A DNA stretch of 64,000 nucleotides, taken from NCBI GenBank assembly GCA_951406725.2, contig OX597838.1:42718001-42782000 (forward strand). The letters run 5' to 3'. Source of the DNA: Octopus vulgaris. Its lineage: Eukaryota. A program made the translations under genes and the position numbers. Under the pieces are notes generated by a model that ran no database searches, had not been told where the DNA came from, and worked only from the letters and a program-made list of their open reading frames with translations. This document shows positions 1 through 13,694 of this stretch, piece by piece; position 1 is the first letter of the stretch, and each line of letters starts with the position of its first letter.

Positions 1-97
1 CCATAATGATACCCTGAGGCTCTGTCTCCACATACTTTACATGGAACAAACGTCTGTTTAGGACTGTTAGAATCAGCTGCGAGCACATTGCTCTCTT
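1..97 (-). CDS. E78: E78-type (NR1E) nuclear receptor, exon containing the start of the C4 zinc-finger DNA-binding domain; continues beyond the window's left edge
   Basis: Minus strand: acceptor tttggttcttcttgcAG| then phase-1 (E)ESNVLAADSNSPKQTFVPCKVCGDRASGYHYG. CxxCGDxASGxHYG is the nuclear-receptor first zinc finger. FVPCKVCGD(K/R)ASGYHYG matches E78/Eip78C better than E75 (VLCRVCGDKASGFHYG), from recall. Confidence 0.88.
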
Positions 98-1527
98 CTG
101 CAAGAAGAACCAAAGACACAAAAACGGAATCAAGTAAAATTAAATGAATTCAAAGACAAATTCTTTGTGTTAGTTTTTAAAATTAATTTGATTTAATCAC
201 CATTGGTACCGAGCTGACAGAATAAGGAAAACGAGACAGAATGCTTAGCAGCAGCAACTCTTGTGGCTCTTTAGGTTTGAGTTCAAATCCCACCACGGTC
301 AACTTTGGCTTTCATTCTTTTGGGACAATAAAATAAAGTACCAGTCATGTACTGGGGTCAATGTAATCAACTAATCCCTTGCCCCTAAAACTGCTGGCCT
401 TGTGCCAATGTTTGGGACCATTATCATACAACAAACACAGTAAAAACTCAACAAAATTCATTGTAGTTATGTTTATTTTCAAACTTCATCAGGAATGATT
501 TTATCTTTCATGTCTGGCTAGCCTTGCCTGCTCTGGCCCCTGTGCCGGTGACATGTAAAAAGCACCCACTACACTCACGGAGTGTTTGGCGTTAGGAAGG
601 GCATCCAGCTGTAGAAACACTGCCAGATCAGACTGGAGCCTGGTGCAGCCTCCTGGCTTCCCAGTCCCCAGTCGAACCGCCCAACTCATGCTAGCATGGA
701 AAACGGACGTTAAACGATGATGATGTCTCCCTGGGGCTGATCAATTAATCATTAAGTAGCAGTTATATGTGTGTGTGTGTGTGTGTGTAATGGTGGGATG
801 GGGACAAGTGCAAAAGGGAAGATCGATTAAATTAACTTCACTGTTCTCCTCTCAAATTTGTGCCAAAATTAAAAAAAAAAAGAAGGCCGGGTAGGGAGTG
901 TAGAGTGCAAGAATAGTTGTGTGGTTAAGAAATCTGCTTCCCAATCACATGATTTCAGGTTCAATCTCACTGCATGGCATCTTCGGTGTCTTCTACTATT
1001 GCCCTGGGCCAACCAAAATTATGTAAGTGGATTCAGTAGACAAATACCTCAAAAGATTTGTGTGTGTGTGTGCGTATGTGTATGTGTGTGCACGCTTCTT
1101 TACATTTGCACTTTATAAATAGTTGGTTGTTGTTGTTTAACCCCAGGTCAACTCCACTAAGTAGGCCGATGATCAAAAACATTCTATGGCCATTTTGTAT
1201 TAGTTTAGAAGTTTAAAGGGTTACAGTAACCTGTGAGGCCCTTTCCTTTTAAGATGGTAGGATGCAGTGGGGTTGATTTTAAATAGATTTAGTTGTTGTT
1301 GTTGTTATTATTACTATAAGAAGCAAAATCATCAGCACGCTGGATGAAATGGTTAGCGGTATTTCACCCATCACTATATTCTGAGTTCAAATTCCGCCGA
1401 GGTTGACTTTGCCTTTCATCCTTTCGGGGTCGATAAATTAAATACCAGTGAAACACTGGTGTCAATGTAATCGACTATCCCCCCCCACTCAAATTCCTGG
1501 TCTAGTGCCTATAGTATTGTGCTAATA

Positions 1528-1561
<34 letters not shown>

Positions 1562-2693
1562 GATGATGATGATGATGATGATGATTAAAGTGCCAAGCTT
1601 GCAGAATCATTAGCAAACCAGATGAAATATTTTCAGCATTTGTTCTGACTTTTCGTCCTGAATTGAAATACGACCGAGGTGGACTTTGCCTTTCATCCTT
1701 TTAGAATCAATAAAATAAGTCACGGGGCTCAACAAACCTGCTCCCTTGAAATTTCAGGTTCTGTGCCTTTAGTAAAACGGAATATTATTAGTAGTAGTGG
1801 TCAGGTGGTGAGCTAGCAGCATTTCATCCGTCTTTGATTCTGAGTTCAAATTCCACCAAAGTCAAATCTGCCTTTCACGGTCAATAAAATAAGGACCAGT
1901 TGAATCCTGGGGTAGATGTAATTGACTTACTCCCTCCTTCAAATTGCTGGCCTTGTGCCAAAATTTGAAACCATTATTATTATTATTAAACTCGCCTGTG
2001 CCACATAGAAAGCACTAAGTCCACCCTACTGAATGGTTGGTGTTAGGAAGGGCATCCAGCTGTAAAAATCCTGCCAAAACAGTCACAGAAGTCTGGTGCA
2101 GGGTTCTGCTTGGCCAGCTCCTGTCAAACCGTCCCACCCATGCCAGCATGGAAGGCAGACGTTAAATGATAATGATTATTATTATTATTATTATCATCAT
2201 TAAAATGGTGAGCTGGCAGAAGTGTCAGGCAAAATGCTTGGCAGCAAAAACTGCTGAAATCGACTTTGCCTTTCATCCTCTTGAAGGTGATAAAATAAGT
2301 ACCAGTTGTGTACTGGGGTTGATGTAAATGACTTACCCCCTCCCCTGAAATTGCTGGCCTTGTGCCAAAATTCGAAACCATTATTATTATTAGTAGTAGT
2401 AGTAGTAGTAGCAGAAGCAGTATTGGTAGCATCAGCAGCAGTTGTAGTAAGAAAAGTAGGAAGATACAAAACATTGTTAATAAAAGCATCTTAAAAGTAC
2501 TGTAACCCGAGATAGACATGGCCAAGATCTCCATAAAGAACTCACAAGATTGCAATCAGGAATGGTACCACACAGATCTATAGAGATCAATAATATTATA
2601 GAAAGCTAATCTATTGAATTCTATTGTATTCTTTGCTGTGTTATGGGAAGCGAACTCTTAAAATCCATCATAGAAGGACTTAGGCAAACCAGC

Positions 2694-2772
2694 AACCATG
2701 ATGAGGTTGTGAGACACGAGGCAAGTCAGAAACCATGATGAGGTTGTGAGACACGAGGCAAGTCAGAAACCA
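2694..2772 (+). repeat. Perfect 37-bp tandem duplication
   Basis: aaccatgatgaggttgtgagacacgaggcaagtcaga x2. Confidence 0.95.
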
Positions 2773-5700
2773 CCAAAGATTGTTACATCAAGACAGACCA
2801 AAGAAGGAAAAGAAAATCGGCTGCAAAATTATGGATCATCATCATCCTCATCATCATCATCATCATCCTCATCATCACATGCATCCATTTCTCTATGATT
2901 GCATGGATAAGATGAAGTTTAATGTAGCAGATTTTCTATAGTTGGATATCTGTCCTGTCACTAACCCTCACTGGTTTCCAAGCAAGGTAATATATTTCCT
3001 CCTTGGCCAGACGTGTTCTCAAAGAATATTGGAAACGAATGACAGCTTGTATGACACTGACAATCATTTTGCAACAATCACGTGACATCAAGACAAGGAG
3101 ACACACACACACACACACACATTATCTATCAAGGAGAATAAGAAATAGAAAGTCCTTGGTACAATATTTGAACAAAATGAATAGGAATGGTTTTTCCAAC
3201 AGATTTTTCCACTTTAATGATTTTCAGGCATCTTTGTGTTTCTTCTTTTGCTCCCCACCCAACACAACATGGCACTTTCCCTTGCAGAGGGGAAGGAGCT
3301 GCTTTGGGAGGTGGTGGTCTACTACATGACTGAAGCAATAAACAACTCAAGTCCCACTGCATGGCTCCTTGGGCTGCAGGCTTCTACTTTGGCCCTGGGG
3401 CGAACTAATGGCTATGAGTAGATTTGGGAAGCGGAAATTGAAAGATGTGTGTGTGAAGAGGTTTCCTTGTCTTGAAAGGATACAACAGTTACGAATGGAT
3501 GCCACGGTCACAAATTCAGTGTCTGTTGTTTCTAGTCTTCCATGGGGGAAACATGTTTAACCATGGGGGAAATATTATTTTGCTTGGAAACAGGTGAAGG
3601 CTGGAAACAAAAAGGGTATCCAGTTGTAGAAATTCCACCTAATCCACGCGAGCATGACAAAGTGAATGTTAAACCAATGATGGTGGTGATGGTGATGATG
3701 ATGATGATGGTGATGATGATGGTGATGATGATGATGGTGATAGTGATGATGATGATGAGATGCTGTGGCTATTCCATTGCTAATAAGTAGGATTTCAGAC
3801 ATAAAACATATTCTTATTTCAAAGATGGTAGAGAAGGTCTAAAGAAATGGTCTTGGCTAAGACGCTCTCTGTTCCAATAACCACATGACCACCTCTCCTC
3901 ACTGGCTCATTGGTGAAAGGATTCCCGCTAAAAACCAAGTGTTTCCTTCAAAAACACTTCAGGTACTGTACAACTATGAGTGTAGACTAGAGCTGCAAAT
4001 CCATAGAAATATACACAGGACACAAAAACAAAAGTCTAACGAGTAATAATTATGAAGATTTGTATTATTATTAGAAACTGTGGTAATCTCTCGTGTTTGT
4101 ATAGATACATGTGTGGTATTTAGCTGTGATCTGTAGCGGTGTAGAGAGAGCCGAACTAGTGGAAGCAACAACAATCTATAGTGTGCCAGTGAATACTATT
4201 GCAATCAATAGTACAAGAGGCATGTACTATTGAAATCTATTCGAATCAATAGCATCAAAGGCAGCTGTATTATTATTCAGTGCAGTATTTCATGATGGCT
4301 TTCATACAAACTCTGCAAATGCTGTCTTGGCAATAAGCCCGAGCAACTTTCAACACACACACACTTATACACAACAGCTGCTTCTACTACTATTACCAAT
4401 ACAAATATACAGGAGGTGGGGGTGGGGGGAGGGCAGGCAGAGTCGCTCCAACTGAATGCCATTATGTGAGAGATACTCTTTTTTCTTTTTCTTTCTTTTT
4501 TTTTTTTACTTCCCCAATCCAGGAAGGAATAAAAGCAAAGTGGAATTCGATGGGAGTTGAACACAGAACATTACTAAGTTCAGCAAGGGATTTCCTCCTA
4601 TCACTTGACTGATTCTAACAGAATAACAATAATAATAATAACAACAACAACAATAGTATTGAGTTTTAGCACAAGGCCAGCAGCTTTGGGGGAGGGGTTG
4701 AGTCAATTACATTGACACCAGGGCTCGACTGGTCCTTATTTTATCAACCCTATAAGGATTAAAGGCAAAGTCAACCCCAGTGGAATTTGAACTCAGGACG
4801 TAAAAACAGACGAAATACAACTAAGCATTTTGCTCAGCTTTCTAACTATTTTGCCAGAAGGGCAGCAGTTTTGCAGGAGGGGGGGGTTACATCAACCCCA
4901 GTATTCAACTGGTATTTATTTTATCAAAGCCCAAAAGGATGAAAGGCAAAGTGGATCTTGGCAGAATTTGAACTGAGACCATGAAAACAGGCAAAATACC
5001 ACTTGGAAAATTTCACTAACGATTCTGCCTTTGTAATAATAATAATAATAAGAAGAATGAGGAGGATGGTGGGGTGTTGAAGTAAATATCAACCTTTTGG
5101 GGGTCTACAAGCTTACAGGAGTACAGGTTAAAAAGTAGCATTGTGTACTGTTAATGAATTGGGGGTCAATTCTATAAAGGTGTTGCAGCACAAGCAGTCA
5201 GCCTTGCCTTCCATTATAAAGGGATAATGAGATTGGATGGAATCTCATTACTTTCCAGAAATGGTTCATTAGTGGTGGGCATGCTGATTGTCTTCTGTGC
5301 ATAGCCATGTCTCATTCCACACACACATTCGTTTGGGAATAGAAATGGGATAAACGAAACTCAGAACAGAAGTGTGTGTGTGTGTGTGTGTGTGTATATT
5401 GTTGAACTTTACAGAAAAACAAAAGATGAAGACAGGTGTATAAACAACAAGCAGGTGTATTAGTTTAATGCTCAGGAAAGTGAAGAAGTCTTTTACGTTT
5501 TGAGCCTACACTCTTCAACAGAAAGGAACACGACGAAATAAACAAAGAGACAATAAAAAACTTGTGGATTTAGCGATCAATCATGGCAACTATATATATA
5601 TATTAGCTGACCTGCACAACCCATCACAACTATCTTCTCTCCAACAACCTTCACTAGATCCTCACCATCCTCATCTATCTCCCTAAATATATATATTGTT

Positions 5701-6329
5701 GTTTTTTTTATTTACACACACACCTATGATATATTTATGGCTGTGTGGTTAAGGAGCCTGCTTTGCAACCACATAGTTTTGGGTTCAACTCCACTGCATG
5801 ACACTTGAGAAAGTGTCTTCCACTAAAGTTCCAGGCCAACCAATGTCTTGTGAATGAATTTGGTAGACAGAAACTGTGTTGAAGCCTGCCTTATATAGAC
5901 AGGTGCTGGTGTCACATAAAATGCACCCAGCACAGTCTGTAAAGTGGTTGGCGTTGGGAAACACATCCAGCTGTAGAAACCATACCATAACAGACAATTG
6001 GCGCCTGGACAGGCCCCTGACTGGCCAGCTCCTGTCAAACCATCCAACCCAAGACAGCATGGAAAATGGACATTAAACGATGATGATGATCACACACACG
6101 CACACATAGAAAGCCACAAATGTTTCATCCTGGTTTTCCCGTTCGTCCTTGTATTGTCCATCTATCCGTAAGTTTTTGTTGTCATCCATTATGTTCTTGT
6201 TCTGTTTTTTGGATTTACATAACATAACGAGGGACTCTTCTGTCACAGCTTCTGGCAAAGGACCTGCACAAATGATTTGTTTATACTGATCAAATGTATG
6301 TGCCATACATTAGCTCATTCCTGCCATCA

Positions 6330-6700
6330 ATGTTGCCAAAACAGGTGCACCATTGCACCACACATCAGGCGTCAGAACGATTGCAACAATTGGTGGACGC
6401 AGTTTATTTCATGCTTCAGCAATTCTGAGTGTCAAAAAATGTTTCTCAGCTCATGGATGCTGTGTTGTTTTTTGCTATTTTAAGTGTGTCTACCAAGTCA
6501 GTTACCAGTAGTCTGAGCTTTAATGTATCCCTGCCCAGGGAAGCAAGAGTATGATAGATGCCTGATGGTAAATATTCATCTGGTTGCACATTTCCGAATA
6601 CTTTCCAAGAGATTGTTATGCTGAGCAAGACAGAGGTCCCAGGCTGGTGATGCAAACCCTAAGTATGGCCGTACCATAGTCATATACAATTTTAAATATC
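6330..6700 (-). mobile_element. CR1-like LINE ORF2 C-terminal fragment
   Basis: Degenerate translation ..LASLGRDTLKLRLLVTDLVDTLKI.. / FLTLRIAEA*NKL.PPIV resembles the CR1 ORF2 end (L..L..RR...DL...KI...FF..RV...WN.LP..VV). Confidence 0.65.
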
Positions 6701-6788
6701 TGGAGAGTGGCAGACAAAGACACCCTCAGCTTTCTTGACAATCTTAGAAATGAAAGTAGGGGAGCAAATAAACAAAAATGGGCTTTAA

Positions 6789-7008
6789 CCCTTTCATTAC
6801 CGTATTTATTTTGAGACGTTCTGTGTTTCTTTCAGTTACGTTAAATATAACAAAGAACTTAGTAAAATAACTTAGTTATCATTCATCTAGTGTTAGGAAC
6901 ACAAAATGGGACTGAGGTTTGGGGGAAGATTTTAATTCAAAGTTTATGATAACAAGACATTTGTACTCAAAGCAAGAGCCAGTTTCAGCCGGGTTGGTCA
7001 TGAAAGGG
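6789..7008. mobile_element. piggyBac-type MITE
   Basis: TTAA|CCCTTTCATTACC ... GGTCATGAAAGGG|TTAA: terminal inverted repeats with a TTAA target duplication. Related pieces at ~57230-57372 and ~59200-59623 (the latter interrupted by a SINE). Confidence 0.8.
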
Positions 7009-8591
7009 TTAATCTTTCTTCTGTTTATCTGTCTCTCTACTTCCATACCAGCTCAATGAGGATCGTTCTTTCAACCAACTTTGGATGCTGGAGGCAGCTG
7101 TCTTGGATGAAGAAGCTGGATTTTTAAGTTCTCATCTATCTGAACATTACTCTGTGGATATCTAGAACATGCTTACTTCATGTTCTCCCACACATTGATT
7201 ATGTATCTTAGCTGACCTGCACAACCCACCACAACTCTCTTCTCTCCAATGACCTTCACTAGATCCTCAACATCTTCATCTATCTCCCTCCTCCTCCTTC
7301 CACCTGTACTCATCTTTCTAATGTGGGACAGCACTGGACCCACCCCCATACATAATCCATCTCATCTTTCTTACTTTCACACTAACTTATTCTTCCATTC
7401 CCCTGTCCCCTTCCATACTTCCTCCTACTCCTCCCCCAACAATAAATCTCTCTCTCTTTTCAGTCTCGCAAATTACAAGGCAACCCCACTAGTGATGGTG
7501 CTACAGCAAAACCAGCCAGTATAGATGTTAGGGTGGCTGTCATCAGGAGGGGCATTCAAAACAGAGGCAGTAGGATACAACACAGTACTTCAACTCATTG
7601 GGTCCTCTTGAATTCTCCAGTCCATACCAACATGGAAGATTGGGGGAGATGCGGCGGGGGGGGGGGCACGCAAAAAATAATGATGATGATGATATATGCA
7701 TATGTAATATCTCCAACAAACAAAATCCCTGCTGATGCATAATAATATTAATAATACTAATAATAATAATAAACAACAATAATACTGGTTTCAAATTTTG
7801 GTACAAGGCCAGCAATTTCAGGGTAGGGGGAGGAGACATACATTGATCCCAGTACACAAAGGATGAAAGGCAAAAATCAACGTTGGCAGAATTTGAACTC
7901 AGGACATAAGGACAAACGAAATATTACTAAGTCCTTAGTCTGGCAAAGTTAACAATTCTGCCAGCTTGCTTCCTTAACAATAACAATCTCCTCGTCTACC
8001 ACACGCACAAGGGCTGAATGACCACAAGGCGAAAAAAAAAAACACAGCTTAGTGTTTATGAAATAAAGACCATTCAACTGGTACAATTTGTTTGCTGCCA
8101 CATGTTTTTAAAACAAAGAGGTTAAGAAGCTTGCTCTAAACATGTTGTTTTGGGTTCAGTCCCACTGCATGGCACCTTGGACAAGTGTCTTCCTGGGCCA
8201 ACTAATTCCTTGGGAGTGAATTTGGTAGATGGAAACTGTACTGAATCCCATCAAGAGTGTGTGTGAGCGTGTGTGTATTTGTTCCCACCACTGCTTGACA
8301 ACTGATGTTGCTTTGTTTACATTCCCATAACTTAGTGGTTCAGCAAAAGACACTGATAGACTAAGTACCAGACTTCAAAACAAAAAAGAATACTGGGATG
8401 TGATCTGTTGAACTAAAACCCTTTGAAGTGATGCTCCAGCATGGCCACAGTCCAAAGACTGAAACTAGTGAAAGTCAGAAGATAAAATTATACTGAGCTG
8501 AGATGAAATATAATCAACACTGGGTCAGAAGGTCATCATGGCTCCTATTTCTGATGCTGCAGTTTGGTCGGTCTACGTTCATGCTCATTTC

Positions 8592-8710
8592 TTGTTGTTG
8601 TTGTCAGATATTTTATAGTTGTTGTTGTTGTTGCTGTTGTCAGATATTTTATAGTTGTTGTTGTTGTTGCTGTTGCCAGATATTTTATAGTTGTTGTTGC
8701 TGCTGCTGTA
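8592..8710 (+). repeat. 36-bp minisatellite (3 units) built on (TTG)n
   Basis: cagatattttatag(ttg)n units start at 8605, 8641 and 8677. Confidence 0.9.
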
Positions 8711-11700
8711 TTGGTTTTCTTAGCAATTGTACAGTGATTGTTCTTTTAGAAGTAGTCGGAAAGCTTTTGTGGTAGCATTTATTGTGGAAGGGTTAGGATC
8801 TGGCAGAGAATCGGCAGCAAAACTACAAGACTGGAGAGATTGGCGGAAGAAAGAAGAGAGCGAAAAGGAAGAAAAAGAAAAAAAGAAGTTAAGAGAAGAG
8901 AGAGGGAAGAGGAAGGAATAAGTGAATAAGGCGAAAAAGAGAGGGGGTAGGTGGGAGTAGTGGATAGGAAAGGAAGACTTTCAGAGAGAGAGGTAGGGAG
9001 AGGGAGAAAGAGAGAGAGAAAAGTTAAAGCTGTTTGGGGAAGTAATTTTAACAAAGTCCCTTCCTTGTTACGTTCTCCCTTCTCTGGTTTTTTTTTTTTT
9101 TTTTTAGTCTTAAACTGAGAGGAAAAATTATTTGAATTGTATTAATTAATTATCATTGATTGGTATGGCAGTTTGATTTCAAGGTCAGCAGTTTGAAGAA
9201 CACTGATTGTTTCACTGCTTTCCATTGGTGCGCATGTATTTGAGTGAGTGGGTGTATGTAGGAATATTGGTGGGCGGACATGTATCAGTCTGTGTGTGTG
9301 TGTGTGGATGCATGTATGCGTGTGTGTGGATGCATGTATGCGTGTGTGTATGCATGTGTGTGTGTGTGTGATGCATGTATGCGTGTGTTTTCAAATCATA
9401 TTTTATGATTCTCTTCATTCCATCTCACTGCCATGGTCAACAACATTACTACAACCAACAAATGATACCATTGCCACAACACACACACACACACACACAC
9501 ACACGTATTTAATAAGTAGTGAAAGTGTCTTTGGAAGGGCTCATCTGTTTCACATGTCCAACTGACAGGACAACTGGACCCATGCAAAAGACAAGCCTTC
9601 TAAAGGGGTCTTTTGCTATTTATAAAATGCAACACCCAATATAATGGAATATTGAGCTTTCATTTGAACCGTAGGCTTCCCAGATCTATACTGATTATAT
9701 ATTCCATATTATACACACACACACATCATCGTCGTTTAGCATTCATTTTGCATGTTGGCATGGGTCAGACAGTTTGACCAGTCCAAAGCAAACTGTCTAA
9801 TCCATGGAAAACGGACACTAAATGATGATGAGGATCACACACACACACACACACGCACGCATACACATATATGTACTGACATACACACACAATATACATA
9901 TTCTTCTTCATTTTCTTTTATTTATAAAGTCCTTTCTCCCATACTCGTATGGCTCAAACAGAATTCATAGAGACAGATTCTCTACAGCTGGATGCCTTTC
10001 CTGTTGCCAACCCTTGCCTGTTTCCAGGTAAGGTAATGTTTCCCCATGACCAGACATACTTTCACAAGAGATCAGAAATGAAGGACACCACTTTTATAAC
10101 AGTGACACTCATTTACTGCTAACACATGATGTCAAAATGATGAGGCACACACACACACACAGAGTTTCTGTCTATGAAATCCACTTAGGTTTTAGCTGAT
10201 TTAGGGCCACAGAAGATATAATCTCAAGGGGCCAAGCATACATGCCTCCGATCTCCCTCTTGCTCTTCCCACTACCGTTCTCCTCACTTTCTCTACTTCC
10301 CCCCTCTTCCCCTCCCCCAACCTACTCCTATTTTCTTCCCCCATCCCATCCCACCAACCTAATACTCACCATTACCCATGCTTCCATTTTTTTCCCCCAT
10401 TCATTGGATTCACCTCTACCCCAACCCTGTCCACCCCCTTTCTCACTCTTACAAACCCATCCTGCTCTCTCTCTCTCTCTCTCTCTTCTCTATTCACTTT
10501 CTTCATACAGCCTCACACCACACTCATCCTCCTGGGTCCTCCCACTCTTTTATAAAGTAGGGAGCAGCCATGTGTCTCCTCTACAGCAAGACACTTTTAT
10601 CATACTTTAGCTTCTTAACACCCAGCAAAAAGTCACCTCCCTCTCTACTGCCCCTCCCCCCACTTCGTTGAGGTGTGTGTGTGTGTTTGTGTGTGAAGGG
10701 GTTTGTCTTGGGAGTTCCTTGATGACCCTGCCAGTGCCGGTGCCAGATAAAAAGTACCCAGTACACTCTGTAGAGTGTATCATGCTAGTGTTAGGAAGGG
10801 TGTCCACCCATGGAAACCATGCCAAGGCAGACCTCAGAGCCCAATGCAGTCTTCCATGTTGTTGGATCTTGTTGAGCTTTCCCAACCACGTCGGCAGAGA
10901 AGATCAGTTTTAAATGATGATGATACACACACACAAACACACATCATCATCATCATCATTAAACATTCTGTCTCCATGCTAACATGGATTGGACGGTTCA
11001 ACATGGAGCTGGCCAGACTCTGACTGTCTGTTGTGGCATGGTTTCTACGGCTGGATGCCAACCACTTAGCAGAGTGTATTGGGTGCTTCTTACATGCCAC
11101 CAGCATGGGTGCATTAACACAGCACCAGTATGGATGTTTTTTAAGTGGCACTGGAAACAGAAAACCTGTTTGTGTGGAAGACAGTGATTTCACTTCGCTT
11201 GACACATCAGACAACAGTAAATAGCCTCATGATATATACATACATATATATATATGAGCATATATGTCCGGCCCAGTTGAGAGTACGCCTGATGCATCAT
11301 GCAATATGATATGCTTGAAAAGATGTGTTGAGTCAAGTCAAACCGATATTGTAGCTGTGACCAGTGCCCCCTGACTGGCACCTGTGCCAGTGACACATAA
11401 AACGCACCATCCAAACATGGCTGATGCCAGTATCCCCTGACTGGTCCCTGTGCCGATGGCATGTAAAAAGCACCATCCGAATGTGGCCAATGCCAGTACC
11501 CCCTGACTGACCCCACTGCCGGTGGCACGTGGAAAGCACTATATGAAAGTGATCAATGGCAGAACTCCCCGATTGACTCCTGTGCCGGTGGCATGTAAAA
11601 ATCATCCACTACACTCTTGGAGTGGTTGGCGTTGGGAAGGGCAACAGGCTGTAGAAACCTTGCCAGATCAGATTGGAGCCCGGTGCAGACGCTGGCTCTC

Positions 11701-12229
11701 CAGACCTCAGTCAAACCGTCCAATCCATGCCAGCATGGAAAACGGACGTTAAACAATGATGATGATGATATGGGTACAGGATGTTACCAACTGTTTAAAC
11801 AACATAAAATACGAAAACAAATGAGTTAAATACACAAACGAGTGAAACAATGGAAAACAGGACAAGTAACACGGACAACGGCACTTCGTCAGTTGTCGGC
11901 TGTCTATCTCCTCCTCATTTCAAGCATTCAACGATGATATAAGTCTTCGAAGACAGTTGCTCCCATAAATTCCAAAATAAAATTTTGGATTTATGGAATG
12001 TCAAAGTTGGGAACAAAAACAGGACAGTGGAGACATATAAGGAAACTGAATGAAAACAAACATGGAGGGTCTTTATACCAGAATGAGAGGAAGATAGTGA
12101 ACGCTGGGAGAAATATTTTCTTTTGAAAAGAGAAAAGATAGAAGATATCCAGTCCTTAGAACATCATGCAGGAAAAGAAAGATGGACAAGAGAGGGAAAA
12201 TGTGAACTCTCTCTCAATGCTCACATGTG

Positions 12230-12815
12230 ACCATCATCCATCTTTCTTTGTCCAGCTTTAATATATCAAAGAATTGACTTGCACAAGTTCTGAATGGATA
12301 TTTGAGAAATTTGGAGCCATTCTTCAAAGAAAAACTGCCGTAGCTCTTTTAGTGATGAAGTGGAGGGAACAGTTCTTCCACCAGCTGATCCGAAATGCAA
12401 CATAAGTGTTCAATTATTTTGAGCTGCAGTGATTGCGAGGGGACAATCCTTGTGTCTGCCTCACTTTTATGCTCTTTGTGCTAATCTTAAAAAACATGAG
12501 CTGTGTGGATCAGTGCATTATTGCCCTGGAAGATCGTGCTACCATCAGGGAACAATATTTGTAACATAGGATGGACATGATCAGCCAAAATACTCAGATA
12601 ATCCTTGGTATTAACTCTGCTGTGTAGAACAGCCAAAGGAATTCCATGATATGGCTGCCTAAGTCATCACAAATCCATTTCCATGCTTTGGGGTAGGGGC
12701 CAAATAGTCAGGGTTTAAGGCTTTTTTAGGGAGTCTCCAGACATAAACTCACCCTGAAGTGGGGACAAAGGACAAATGACGACTCATCAGAGAAGATGAG
12801 ACATTGTTCCAAAGA
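12230..12815 (-). mobile_element. Tc1-like transposase remnant
   Basis: Degenerate IFSDESSF motif and IFQGNNALIHTA (FQDDNAP.H-like) motif, with stops and frameshifts. Confidence 0.65.
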
Positions 12816-12949
12816 GCTAGTGACCACTTCATTATTTTTACGACTTATCAATGTTGATGGGGAGGGGGGACAGGGCAAGTTTACCAACTGCAGTCCCTGG
12901 GTAACACGGGCTCTGGTTGACACAGGGTTGGCAAGACGGTGGTTTAGAT

Positions 12950-13180
12950 GGGGAGCTGGCAGAAACGTTAGCACGCCAGGTGAAATGCTTAGCGGTATTT
13001 TCTCTGTCATTACATTCTGAGTTCAAATTCTGCCGAGGTTGACTTTGCCTTTCATCCTTTCGGGGTCGATAAATTAAGTACCAGCTATGCATTGGGGGCC
13101 GATGTAATCGACTTAATCCCTTTGTCTGTCCTTGTTTGTCCCCTCTGTGTTTAGCCCCTTGTGGGCAATAAAGAAATAAG
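12950..13180 (+). mobile_element. tRNA-derived SINE, family A (best-preserved copy; central domain resembles the Meta-SINE type)
   Basis: A/B boxes (gagctggcagaa...gagttcaaattc), conserved core gactttgcctttcatcctttcggggtcgataaa..agtaccag, A-rich tail. Other copies at ~205-425(+), 1330-1520(+), 1590-1790(+), 1805-1975(+), 2205-2380(+), 4660-5030(-), 7785-7975(-), 20205-20415(-), 44865-45070(-), 55285-55410(-), 56570-56750(-), 59306-59515(+), 60690-60870(-). Confidence 0.85.
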
Positions 13181-13694
13181 ATGGTGGTTTAGCTCTGTTG
13201 TCGTTTTTGCTGCCATACTTTGATGGATTTTAGACCCAAAACTATTCTGTGGTCTCTGTGAGCTTTGTATTCCATCCAGAATTATGCTTTGCCAAAGCTG
13301 GTTTTACCATGGTTTTGGAATGGCAACATAATTTTAGAGACCAACCATTTAGAGACTGAAGTTCCAGCCACCCAGGCTCCAACAATTTGGGAGGGGGGGA
13401 ATCAGATAAGTTACACGTTTTAACATATTTAAATATAAATATCTGCAAAAAATCAAAACAGAAGACTCTGTGACAAAGTAGAAGGCACAGCAAATGCATA
13501 TGAATACACAGAGACAGACAAGAATAGTTTTGAATTTGCCATATTGTCAATAGAAAAACTAGAAGAAAAAAAAGGAAATAATATCTTGCATGGGGGAAGA
13601 TGAGGGTTGACCGCAGGAAGGGCATCCAGCTGTAGAAAATCTGCCTCAATGAATTCCATCTGACTGATGTAAGCATGGAAAATCATTATCACAA

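Noticed and set aside
11340-11620. CRISPR-like spaced repeats
   Set aside because: Eukaryotic LINE 3' UTR repeats with related spacers; no cas genes.
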